NCBI GenBank assembly: GCA_002269645.1
Contig: NIVC01000305.1
Span: 186,001 to 250,000 of the forward strand
Reading direction: 5' to 3'
From: Macrostomum lignano
Taxonomy: Eukaryota
Length of the DNA: 64,000 nucleotides
Shown here piece by piece: positions 25,647 through 37,500 of this stretch; the first letter of the stretch is position 1, and each line of letters opens with the position of its first letter. A program made the position numbers and the translations under genes. The notes beneath the pieces were generated by a model. The model saw only the letters and a list, made by a program, of their open reading frames with translations. It did not search any database and was not told the DNA's origin.

Positions 25647-27939
25647 AAGGAAAAGATTTAATTACTATGTATAGCATGGATAAGGCCGAGTTGGATTCGC
25701 TTCCGAGAACAACCAAAGACCACATGTTCTTCTATGGTAACGCGTTTGTTAAAAATATGAATGATTTAGGTCACGCTTAGTAAACAAAATGTCTCCAGTG
25801 TCTTCTCCGGCTGCCACAATTCTCAAATTGCACGTTAAATCTGAGCAACTAGGTCTACAGCCACTAGTAATAGATCGTCTCTGCTTCGTTGGGAATTAAG
25901 AATTTTTAGCTTAAAAATGCATCAAAACTTACTGTTCTATTTTGTACTGTACTGTACTGCTTTCGAATGTACCTTTTGCTTATTTCCCTCCATTCAATAC
26001 CATTTTGTTTTTTAATTAATCAACAAATATGCTTAAAACTTGTATTACAGTATGAGTTTACTAAATATAAATCCTGTTATTTGACCATAGTCTATGGTCC
26101 AAAGTTGAAAATAATCGTTTGATAATGAATGCATTACTTTTGATAAGATAATGAAAGAAAGAGTGTGATAATAGTCATTTAATAAAAAGTCCATGGTTTG
26201 ATTTGATGGAATTTAATTATAGTAGTTTCCAAGCTAATTTAGCCTAGGAACAAGCAATTTAATCCTTATGGGGAGAATCATGCTACTGAAGACTTGTTTT
26301 TCATTCTTATTTGATCCAGCGTGATCGAGCGTGCGTTATGGTCAGACCTCGAGTCCTGGTAAAGACGACGGTTTTTACATTTACCAACATGTAAAGCAAT
26401 AGAAAGTCAGGACACAGACACAGCTACATGTAGTACTATACTTTTACAGCAAGTCTGTTAGTTTGAGTAGGTTCTTTTGTGGGTTTAGAAGGGTTAGATC
26501 GAATCACATTATGTAGAAGCACTGTACTGTCAGTCCAACCCCGATCGGTCGTCAACAGGGGGCTGGTATAGTAAGATCATGAACTGTGATGATACATGGC
26601 TGCAGATCCTGATGATGAGGCAGGCTGGTGCCATCGGCTGATGAAGCTATAGCTGCTATACACAGTCCCCAGAAGCTACGAGCTAGTAAAAATAACGTCG
26701 AAATTTAATGTCGAAATGATACAGCCTCATTAACGTCGTTTTAGCGACATGCATAAATCGACGTCGTTTTAGCGATGTCAGTTGACATCGTTCTATCAAA
26801 TTCAATCACTGTCGTTATATTGAAGCCGTAACAGGCATTATGCAGGCAAAACACAGGTTTATTTTCAATAACCGGTTTAGCAGCAGTACTTAATAATAAA
26901 ATGCACAATCTTCGTCCTTATTCTGTATGATTTTATGGAAATAAATCAGCAGCAGTACGTTACTCCATATAGTAAATGCCAAACACATTTTAAAAGGAAA
27001 CTTGAAAATAAAAGAAAATGCAAAAACATGCAATGCATTAAACTGAACGTGCAGGATTCAGGAATATGCAAAAGCAGAAATGCTGAAACTTATCCTATTT
27101 GCCTCGCGGGGATTGTCTGCTTCTCTATCTTCCAGTTATTCTGTCAGTCCCTCGTGTTTTGCCATACAGCTGTCAGTATGTTTCTATGTTTTGCCAGTCT
27201 ATATATGCCTGTTAAGGGTCTGTCTAAGGGTGTGTGTGAGTCTGAAAGTGTGCTGCCTCTCTCCTGTTAGTCAGTCGGGAGTACGAAGTTTGCTAGCGGA
27301 AGTTTGCTTGCCGAGTTTGCTTGCAGGAAAAATACATAAACTTGCTGAATCTAACGCGATGTTTTATGATGTTTAAAACACCGGTTATTTTCTGCCTTCA
27401 GACAGCGGTGGAACAAACGACAAGACCGGAGGAGAGATGCTTTTTTGATGTCACAATCTAGATCTAAAACCAACATACAGTGCCTCTTGGGCTACAAGAT
27501 CGTGTATATTTATAGTACAGTGCAAGAAGAGGCCATGGCCATGGCGGCAGAGCGGTCATGAGGGTATAGAAAGAATTGCTGGGCTGGGCCGATGCAAATT
27601 GCCACACGTGCCACGCACTGCGTAAGCTACAGTGAGGGGCGCCATAAAAAACTAACCGCTTCTATATAAGAAAGCCGAACCACCAAGCCGAAGTGCACCT
27701 ACGCGGCGATGGCCAAGAGGCAGCCGGCCCTGATTATCCAAGGTCAGGTCTTACTGCCACTTACCTTACGGCCTCTTACGGCCGAACAGCTCGACCTTAT
27801 CTGGCGCAGGTTGGACTCCCACCTGGTCAATATGGCCTTGAGCGGTACCGCTATTCCAGTCCAAAAGACGAAAGTCGACCTCTGCCTCAAAGACTTGAGA
27901 GACGGGGGCGGGCTCCACGACTTGAACCCCGGACGGTGA

Positions 27940-28575
27940 ACCCCGCACTCTCAACCTCTTTCAGCGCTACAAGGTCACCATCCCCTCTAGGGATGCTGCC
28001 AATGACCACTAGAATTTCCAGGAGGTCCATTGCTACACGGACGGATCCATCAAAGACGGACGCGCCGGCTTTGGAGTCTGCATCATCATCAATAACCGCG
28101 TCATTGCCACGCATGTCCAGCACACTGGCAGACTCTCCACAGTCTTCCAGACTGAATTCCTTGCCATCAGCTCCTGCGCTGCAGAGCTGAACGCCAAGAG
28201 TACGAGAGGAGAGACTATTGTCATCCACTCCGATAGCCAAGCGGCCTTACGGGCCCTTTGCCACACCACAACGAACTCCCGGATAGTCACTGCCCTTTCT
28301 GGCTACTTCTGGAGACCGGCTACGCTACCTCGGGCCGAACCCGTCCATTGACGAGGTCTGCAAGCCCGACAGCATCTCACGGCTCATCCAGTTCCTTCGG
28401 GCGACTAGACGAGCCAGTTTATTCCCAACGGAAGATCACGCTACAGGACGGACCGGCGGACCACCCTGACCGGCCCCACGCCTCTGCCTGTCTGCGGGCC
28501 TTCAGGGGCTAGCGGAATGGGCGACCCTCGCCTTCCCGCTGTGTCTGCGGACCACCCTGCAGCTAACTAAGCCTA
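27940..28575 (+). mobile_element. Non-LTR retrotransposon 3' fragment (RNase H + C-terminus), internally deleted
   Basis: HCYTDGS...STVFQTEFLAI...IVIHSDSQAALRAL are RNase H motifs; upstream in-frame stop; C-terminal SRLIQFLRAT in another frame. Confidence 0.85.
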
Positions 28576-28581
28576 AGAAAA

Positions 28582-28707
28582 GAGTGACTTCATGAGTGAG
28601 TTCTAGAATGAGCTCATGAGTGAGCTCATGGGTGAGTTCATAAGTGAGTTCATGAGTGAGTTCATGAGTGAGTTCATGAGTGAGGTCATGGGTGAGTTCA
28701 TGAGTGA
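28582..28707. repeat. 12-bp tandem repeat (TCATGAGTGAGT), about 10 copies
   Basis: Seen directly. Confidence 0.93.
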
Positions 28708-28773
28708 CCGTGATCCCCGCTCCGCCTTCTCCCGCAGTCATACATGTATATCTCCTCACTGCCACTGCTGCTG

Positions 28774-30445
28774 CTTTCTTTCTTTCTTTATTCAGACACG
28801 CGCACCGCGATCGACGAGGGTTGAGCGCGCCAGTGCGATCACACCGGCGGGGTCAGAGCCGAGGACCGCAAGGGGTGGGGGGGGGGCACCGTACAGGGCC
28901 GGGCACGCACAGAGCCAATGCTCCACAGTTTCCGGTTCCAGGTGGCAGAAGAGGCAGGAGGAGTCCACCGACGCGCAGTAAGGCGTGGTAAGTGCGGAGC
29001 GACCGGCAGTGGCCAGCCCGGAGTTGGGCGAGCAGACGCTGGTCGACCAGGCAGGTGACGGCGCCGCGATCCCGAGTCTGACTAACGAATTCGTAGGCGG
29101 CTGTCGAGCGCGAGTGATTGGGTTGGTCAGCGATATGGCGTTGACAGGTAGCCGCGGCCGCGCGGAAGGAGATGGGTGACGAGGGGTCGGCAGGTGACCC
29201 CCTTCCTTGGCCAGGTGGTCGGCGAGCTCGTTCCCGGGGATGCCGCAGTGCCCCAGGATCCACTGAACCACGACGTCCGCGTCGATGCGGGCAAGCGTGG
29301 TCAGGGCGCGGCCGATCGAGCGGTTGGAGTTAGACAGGGCCACCACCAAGCCTTGACTGTTGGTGCAGAAAACGAAACGGCGGATGGAATCAGAATCGGC
29401 GGCCCAGGCGGCGGCAGCGCAGAAGGCGGCAACTTCCTCATCAAACGAGGAGGTTGCAGGGGCGCCGCGGAAGGAGGCCGAGTGCAGGACGGACGGGTGG
29501 GCCGGGTCGCTTTGGGTGACAAAGAAGGCGTGGCCGCCGACCGAGACCCCTTTCTGGGCGGAGCCGTCGGAGTAGATGACCAGGGAGGTACCTGGTGAGC
29601 CGTGCAGGCGATCGCGGACGCGGTCCAAGGCGCGGTCGCGGATGTCCGGGTCGGAGAGCACCAAGGCTAGACCGAGGGAGTGGCGCGATCAGGCGGTGGA
29701 GGAGGAATCACGGCATCGGCAGGGAAGAGCGGAAGGCGGGGGGGCCGTGGTCAGCGGAAGTCGCTCCAAGAGACGAGAAGCGGCCTGGCGCCAGCTGGAT
29801 CTGACCAGGCGGTGCTGAGCCGTGCCATCCGCGGTGCGTCGACGTGGGTGGTCCGGCGGAAAGCGGAGGGCCTTCTCCCAGGAGCGGGCGAGCAGGCCTG
29901 TAGCTAGGAACACCTGCCTCCAGTCTGATCGCGTCCACCGGAGACGATTCAAGTTGGCCCGTTATGATACGGAGCGCCTGATTCTGACAGCGGTCGAGGT
30001 CCTCAAGACGGGACTCCGTCAGCCAGGGCTGCCAGGCGGGGGCAGCATAGTCCAGCACCGAGCAGATCAGCGCGTTGAACACCGAGCGGAGTTTGTCTTT
30101 GCGCCAGCCCCAGTCCTGGTTGGCAAGCGCAGCGAGCGCGCGACAGCGGCCACGGGGCTTTGAGACGAGGTCCCTGACATGAGGGCCAAAACTGAGGGTG
30201 CGATCCAGGACGACGCCGAGAAAGCGCGGGTTGGCGTCGAAGGGCAAAGGCGAGTCATTGAGAAGCAACTGTGGTTGAAGTGACGCCTCCGCAGTCGAAT
30301 TGGAAAAGAGCGACACCACGCTCTTGGGGGGATTCAACGTCATCTTCATGCGCGCGCTCCACTCAGCAGCAGCGTCGAGTCCAGCCTGGAGGGACTCCGT
30401 GGCGGAAGCGACCAACGAGTGCTGTACGCGGATGGTGAGGTCCTG
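28774..30445 (-). mobile_element. 5'-truncated RT-RNase H non-LTR retrotransposon (I group-like)
   Basis: RT C-terminal motifs LNPPKS, PRFLGVVLDRTLSF, SVLDYAAPAW; RNase H IYSDGS, QWILGHCGIPGNELADHLAK; CCHC-type CLFC..EPETVEHWLCACP; AATAAA plus (GAAA)n tail; frameshifted. Confidence 0.92.
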
Positions 30446-30542
30446 AGGGGGTGACCGCAGGAGGCATGGCGCGTGCGACGCCATCAATGAAGAGCAGAAA
30501 GATGAACAGAGCGATCACTGAACCTTGGCGAAGAGGCCGTGG

Positions 30543-31648
30543 ATGACACTATAGCAGGGGAAACCAACACTGATGCCAACTGCAGACCAACTATATGGAC
30601 ACTATAGCAGGGGAAACCAACACTGATGCCAACTGCAGACCAACTATATGGACACTATAGCAGGGGAAACCAACACTGATGCCAACTGCAGACCAACTAT
30701 ATGGACACTATAGCAGGGGAAACCAACTGATGCCAACTGCAGACCAACTATATGGACACTATTGTGACGTTGCTAGTTTAAGTGGTCCCGCAAAAGGGCC
30801 GTTGGACTATAGTTTCCCTCGCAATTTCTCATATTAATTTCTCCAATAGTTTATTTTAACGTTTACTTATAGTAGCGTGCAAATAATCTGTTTCAACTGC
30901 TATTTCACTGTGTATTTGGTAGGCCTTGCGCTCGTCTGTGAATTTTGGCACGATCGATAATTTCAAGTTCTCTCGCCAGCCAATGAAAACTCTCCGTGTT
31001 TTTCGCTACCCCCTCTGCGCTCCTTTATTAACCCTCGCCTGGCGGGCTGGGGGCTTCGCTCGTCGCGTCTCGTCTTGTCCCTGTTTTTGTGTTCTTGTTC
31101 TCGTGCCTCTCTCTCCTCACTGCCTTGTGTGTTTTCTGCCTTGTGTTTTCCGTCTGGTTTGTCCAGCCTTGTCTAGCCTTGTTTTCCTTCTCTCTGTCTG
31201 GCTGCCTCGAGCCTCCTTATCTCACGCCACGGCTGACGCCAACCTCGCCACTGCTACTCACCGCCTCCACTGTGCTCATTGCCATTGCTCATCCCGTTAC
31301 GTCGCCATTGCATCATTCGTCTGTCACTTGACTTCATATCCAATTTATCTTCAAAAACCATTGTTGCAGCCGCCAGTGCCCAGAAAGCTATAGTTTGTGT
31401 ATTGACAGTAATAACCAAGCCTAATATTGATACTACCAATAAAAACAACTACGGCAGTTCCTGCCTTTATCGCCAAGTGCTCCGCTACAAAATCTGCTTT
31501 ACAAGAGTTGACTTCAACTTATTTTGGGACTACGACTCACTACAACTCTCGTCAAAACGGCCCTTTTAAGGGCCATAGCCATAGTTAGCCGCTACGCCAA
31601 CATCGTGACACTATAGCAGGGGAAACCAACTGATGCCAACTACAGACC
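30543..31648. repeat. 53-bp minisatellite (30543-30762, resuming at 31611) interrupted by a solo LTR
   Basis: Unit GGACACTATAGCAGGGGAAACCAACACTGATGCCAACTGCAGACCAACTATAT; period 53. Confidence 0.9.
30763..31610 (+). mobile_element. Solo LTR (Gypsy-like), family A copy 2, 848 bp
   Basis: TGTGACGT...CGTGACA termini; 4-bp TSD CTAT (30759-30762 and 31611-31614); AATAAA at 31438. Confidence 0.9.
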
Positions 31649-31761
31649 ATGCAACAAAATATGCTCGTAGACAATATAGTAGAGGAAAGCAACTGAAATC
31701 TTATTTCTTATATCTATCTGCTTTTATTATATCAACTTATCAAGCATTATAAAGCTGCAAG

Positions 31762-31830
31762 GAAACCCTTTATTTGTTAAAGATTCATAAATGATGGGTT
31801 TCGACCTTCGGGCTCCTTGTTAGGGAAGCC
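31762..31830 (-). ncRNA. Decayed hammerhead ribozyme-like motif (Penelope-type)
   Basis: Minus strand CCTAACAAGGAGCCCGAAGGTCGAAACCC resembles CUGACGA-stem II-GAAAC with two G-to-A changes in the core; stem I not recovered. Confidence 0.3.
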
Positions 31831-31919
31831 TTCGGGCCTCAGGCTCAGAAATAAATCAATTAGAGACAATTAGATCAATTAGCGATCAACGTAAGTTTAT
31901 ATAGACATCCACACAGAAG

Positions 31920-34900
31920 GTAATTGATTGCTGAAGTTTGCTTTCCGATGCTTGCTTGACGAATTTTGCTTGACGAATTTTGCTTGTCGAAGTTGGCTTG
32001 GCAACATTTACTAGCGAAAGTTTACTTGCCGAACTTGCCTGCATGACGATTGCTTGAGTCCCAAGCAACAGGTACGCGCGTATTACGCGCATATTTGAAG
32101 CGTAATGTCATACACAGCGCGTAAAACACGCGTATTACGCGCGTCATTATACGCTAGTGTAGTTAGTGCGTTTTAGACGCGATACTTTGCTCAAAGCAAA
32201 TTAAAAAACTGGTTAATTATTCAAATCTCCAGTAAAGCTAACAGCGTGCACCATGCGTTTGCATAACGCATGTGTGTGTAACGCCTTTGCTTGCTTTTGT
32301 TTTATATGTTAGTATTTTATTTAATTCTCTGTTTCCTATCGTTACAGTAGAACCATATTTGACTACAGTACTACAGTATGTATGCATGACTACACTAGAA
32401 CATTCTTTTCAATAGTTATAGCATACTCAGTATGTGTTTCGTGTCAGCATTAGGCCTAGTTGGACTTAAGTCAACTGCATGTAATCTGGAGCATGCAACA
32501 CTTGTTTCATGGATTACTTTGCTTTATATTACTTATATCTAGATAGTTAATTATAGCTAGATAGCGATATATTAAAATATATATGATACATTACATCATG
32601 CATTAATTTGGTTACTTTTATTACTTTGAAATATCATATACTTTAGATTTTTATATTTCAAGCTTAAATGGCCTCAAAAGCTTTTGAAAAACAGAAAGAT
32701 TGCTTTTCATTGTTGTTTCCTTTTTACATTTATATTCACTTATTTAACTAGATTTAGTTGCTTTTTGTTTGAAAATAATTGTTAATCCAAATCCTTTTAC
32801 TTTTCACTTTTTTCAACTCAGTCAGAATTGTGTACATGTATGCTTGTATACTTTCGTGTGCTTTTGCAGTTTTTTCTTTTATGCTTAATAATCACTACTC
32901 ACTACTCATCACTACTCAGTTAATTTAAGTTGCTTTTTCATTACACTGTTTGTTCCTAAATTATGTTTTTAAAATAAAAATTGTAGTTCATTTATCAAAA
33001 CTCCTTTTTCGACAACATTACAAGCTAGCATTTTAATGCATAAACTGACTAATATTTGTATTGGTTTAAGGCATTGTTTATGTACTATAGGCCAGGATAT
33101 AATGCCAATTGTGCATTTTATGGCAGGCAATTTAATGTAATTTTGCTATATATGCCAGATTTTTTACTTTTTTTAATTGATTCATACTACTCATATTATA
33201 CTATTATTTTTCTAATGACTTTAGTATTGACTATAGTATACTTATTTCACTATTATAGGTTTTTCCTTTATTTTTGCATTATAGAGTAGATCTTCATGCT
33301 ATTTTAATATACTAGGGCCTTTTGGCATCAGTTTTGCATTGCAGGCCAGATTTGGGTTTCATTTTTGTTTTTCAATTTATGCATTTGATTCCATTTTTTT
33401 TACTTTTTCATCATGTGGCTTCATTTCTAACCCCCTTGATGTTCTAGATACAACACTGAGAAAATGGTGTGAGATTCTAAGCCTCCCCACAAGCGATCCA
33501 GAAGCAGCAGCATGACACCCATGCTGATGGCAGCTGGAAGCCTGTTGTTGTGACCAACTGCTCCAGGGCTGTGTCTCTCTTTTGCCAGTTTGACGATGGT
33601 CGAGAGGTCCATCGGCACATCAATCAAGTGCCTGCGGCACCTTCAAAAGTTGAGCAACTGCTATGTGTCGAGGTGCCTGATGATCAACCAGAGGCCTCTG
33701 TGGAGACGCCTGGCCAGGCTCCAGAGTTGAGCTCTGTGGCGCCACTTTGACGTTCGACCAGGGCGAGAGCTTAACCTGACTGGCTGCGCTACCAGTGACT
33801 ATGGACTGTTCCTCTATGGACTGTGAACTGATATGCGTCTTTTATTCCGTTTTTATCCAACGCTTAATCTTTGTGGGGAGGAGTGTGGTGACTTGGCTGA
33901 GCAAATTGTTGTTTGTTTTGTTAGCTTGTTTTTACTCCGTGTTTTGAGGTGGTTTTACCAGTTTCGCTGCGTGCTCCCTTCTGCGATATTTCGCTGTACA
34001 TTCTTATGTGCGCTCTGCATTCTGGCCGCTCTTGCTCTCCACCCTTAGCCTCTTACACCCAATGTATCGTGCTCAATATTTACAATATAAATTGCAGTCG
34101 CTTTCCTCATATCAAGCGTCTCGTTCTACAATCTAAAGTGAAGTCTTTACAGTTTATAATGTTAATAAATGCTCAACCAAATCCGTATCACAACCCTTAA
34201 CTCAACCTCTGTTTTCAGCTGTTTAGCTACTTTTTCTCTTTGTTTTCTTGCTTATTAGTTGAAAAGTTAATCTTGTATCATTATTAGCATTTAATAATAC
34301 ACTAGTGTGCTTGTGGTGGATTTACTGTTGCGGTGTTCTTTTAATTCAATTATTTTAAGTTCTTCTAAATCGTTGTCTTATTTCAAAATCATTTAATCCT
34401 AGACATGGTTGTTGGTTGTATATTTGTTGGGTCAGAGAACTGAGTCCGGTGGATATGTATCTAATTCCGAGTGGAAATCAATTAAAGTAGTTATACTAGA
34501 GGCTCACCATAACTAGGCTCATATACATTACCAATGCAAAGCACTAACATGCTAGGAATGACATGGGATCTTTAACTCGATGATTTCAATTCGTGTCATT
34601 CATGTCGTTTTCCCATTCACCTTTTCTTTTTCATGTAATACCGAATTGTACATGTACAGTACAAGTCTATAGAAAGTGAAAGTGGCACCTACATGTAGTC
34701 AATCTGTAAGAAGCAATATAAGCTTTATAATGAGCTAAATAGAAAGTATAGTGCAAAGCTACTCGGCATTACCGCGGTCAGCCGACCTCGGCCCAAGCTA
34801 GAACCGCCATCAACCCGCCGAGCTCGGCTTTGCCACCTGGGATGCAGTTATAGCATTGCGTTATTACAGCGTATTTTCTGTGTTACAAAAGGCGCGTATT

Positions 34901-35990
34901 TTGTGCGTTCACTTACGCGCGTACAGAATTACCAAAAAATGCGCGTAAAACGCGCGTAGCTTACGCGCGTAAAACGCGAATGAAAACGCGCGTTTTATGC
35001 GCGTAATACGCGCGTACCTGTTGCTTGGGAGTACTATACAATTCACTTGACGAAGTTTGCTTCCAGGATTTTCGCGGATGCTTAAATTTCTTTCTGTGGA
35101 AAATTTACTAGTGCTCGCCTAATTTTGCTTGCAAAATTTCCAGCTTCATAATTTGATGTTAACAGCTTTTTATGTATGTGGTCACGGACGTTAAAAGTGT
35201 GTATTTAACAATGCAAATTTGATTAAGGGTGTCAAATGTCAAATGTTTGTTAGCATTTACTTACATAGATGTACATAACACTTCAGAGAGATGGGGTCCT
35301 CATTAGAACTTAATTATAATAGCTAGTTTTTAATGTGCATTTGTTATGCTCCTATAACTTTAATTGCTCTAAGCAATTTAAAAGTATCACATGACGGATA
35401 GCACGTTCGACATTGGTCAGTAAAATTTTTGCAGTTAGTGCGCGCTCGTAGTCGTAGTGTGGATTATCATTACGACTGTTGTAATGTCACACAAGCCTGG
35501 TTTTTTTCGCTGGCGCTAAGATGCAAAATCGCATCTTAGGTCCAATTTTAGGATGCGATAAGGAAAGTCAGGATATTATATAGCGTTCCTAATACATAGC
35601 CTGGGTTTTTTTGCTAAGCACTAGGATGCAAAAATCGCATCCAAGGTGACAAGGTCCAATTTGAAGATGCGATTTTGAAAATCAGGATGCTATAGTATCC
35701 CTATCGCACAAAAAATAAACCCAGCACACAGCCATATTTATAATTGAATAAAAGTGAAAGAGCTTTGTCAGCCAACTTTGTCAAGCAAAGTAACACAATA
35801 AAAGTATGGCTAACAAACTACCACAAGCATCCTTTGGTTAGCAAATTCCTGCAAGCAAACTTTGGCAAGCAAATTTTGGCAAACAAACTACTGCAAGCAA
35901 TGTTTGGCAAGCTTAATTTGCAGTCTTCGCCAAGCAAACTTAAAAGAAGCAAAATTTGACATGATATGATATTTTCTTGCAAGCAATCTT
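31920..35990. mobile_element. Older element with inverted subterminal AAGTTTGCTTG arrays, split by the 32060-35029 element
   Basis: TTTGCTTG-type repeats at 31925-32056 and 35040-35135; reverse CAAGCAAA-type repeats at 35770-35990; ends not resolved. Confidence 0.4.
32060..35029. mobile_element. Non-autonomous TIR transposon with CCC...GGG ends (CMC/EnSpm-like), 2970 bp
   Basis: Perfect 34-bp TIR CCCAAGCAACAGGTACGCGCGTATTACGCGCATA; 3-bp duplication AGT (32057-32059 and 35030-35032); subterminal CGCGTA arrays. Confidence 0.85.
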
Positions 35991-36570
35991 TAAAGACCTG
36001 GCAATAGCCTATGACTTAAACAGGATTTGAGCCTAGACTATAGGGCCTAGCATGCAATGCAAGCGCATTTTGTGTGTTACATCAAAATTTTTGGAGCCTA
36101 TCATAGGCCTATCAGTATCAACTTCATTCTATTTATTTTGGACTTTGGTTTTGCGAATAAGGTAAGAACCAAATATTTCTTTATTATGCTTTGCATTATA
36201 TTTTTTATTTTGTATGGACTGAATATTAGAGCCTAGTTTAGTTTAGTTAAGTCTATTAGCTGGTTAAGTTACTGTTAGTTCACTAATTGGCAAAAATTAT
36301 GCCAAATTAAGAGAGAATTGCAATTGGTAACATGAAAATGGTGCAATTCTTGTGTTTTTCTTGCAGTCAAAATGTAATTAAATTGCAGTTTTTTCAGCTT
36401 TGGATTGCAATACACTTGCAATTAATGCAACTTAATTTTTGCTCACTTGAATTGCAACAAGATTGTAAGAAATGTAGGATATAATTGTAAGTAAATTGCA
36501 GTCCATTGAAGGAAATTGAGCTTCAATTGAATTTATTGTGTGCTTCTTAAATGCAAGGCCATTTCTTAGT

Positions 36571-36654
36571 TTCCCGCATTTAATTATAACCCCACCCCCC
36601 CACCACCCTTGAATAGAGGGCGAAATAATTCCGTAAAATAATTAAATGCGGGAA
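36571..36654. repeat. 84-bp mini element bounded by a perfect 17-bp inverted repeat
   Basis: TTCCCGCATTTAATTAT / ATAATTAAATGCGGGAA. Confidence 0.7.
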
Positions 36655-37500
36655 TCTTCAGGATCGCCAAATGCAATACTTACTACTTGCAGTAGCATAA
36701 TTTTAGTGATGCAATGGCTATATGCCTGATGACTCTAATGCGGATAATTTATAAGAATTTTTGTGCTTCAGATGATTTAAGACTATTTGAGGCATTTCAC
36801 AAAAAAATAAAGAACACTAGAACTATGGTAAGATCCTTTTAACTTTTTGCACAACAATAATAGTAGTAGTAGATAATTAATTGTATTACACTAAATTGTA
36901 TTTGTATTGTATTAAATTAAATAAACACTGGGTGTTTTAAAATGATTAAAAACCCAATTACTTGGCAGAAAACTTGCAACTGCAAAAATAAAAAATAAAC
37001 GTTAGGAGTAACAAAAAATGCAAGCAATTTGCGTTAACAACAGAATAATTCTATTGTTATTTATACTCGGACACTTTAATCGACTAGCAAAAGAATTAAG
37101 CTGGCAAATTAATTTTTCACAATTATTAAATTTCAATTAGATGCCACTTTTTCCCAAGAGCATTTTGCTAGTTCTGTTTCAGTGGGCTAGTTCATCTATA
37201 GTAACAGGGCTAATGTGCGTTGATTTTTAGTTAGTGAATAGTAACAATGTTCAAAAGTGTCAAAAGCTGAAGAATTGTACCAAGTGTGGATTCAGGCACA
37301 CCATGGGTCATAGAAACAAAAAGTATTGCCATTGTAACAACTTCCTTGCATGAAGCAAGGTCAACACATGAAAAATAGTCAATTATACAAAGTTAGAATT
37401 TTGACTAGATTGCATCATATTACTAAAACAAGACGCAGAATTACTAGTTTCATAAAACATGGGCTTCTTGTAGGAGGTGCCACCAACAGATCAGTGTCTT

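Larger units (their letters stand above)
19762..25780 (+). pseudogene. ABCA-subfamily ABC transporter, apparently intronless, frameshifted and interrupted by insertions
   Basis: TMD1 segments 19762-21422; Walker A-like GHSAAGKS at 22755-22778; NBD motifs CLDEPTTGMDPASRRQVW and STIFLEEADFLSDRI (22897-23301); SQTSLANSF; TMD2 start QLVALLAMNLRR..RLILPGVII; remnant 24666-25780 rejoins in frame when the LTR at 24884-25646 is removed. Some indels may be assembly errors. Confidence 0.8.

Noticed and set aside
26610-26710. Hammerhead candidates at CTGATGA (also CTGACGA near 50865)
   Set aside because: No stem II followed by GAAA and no stem I/III pairing.
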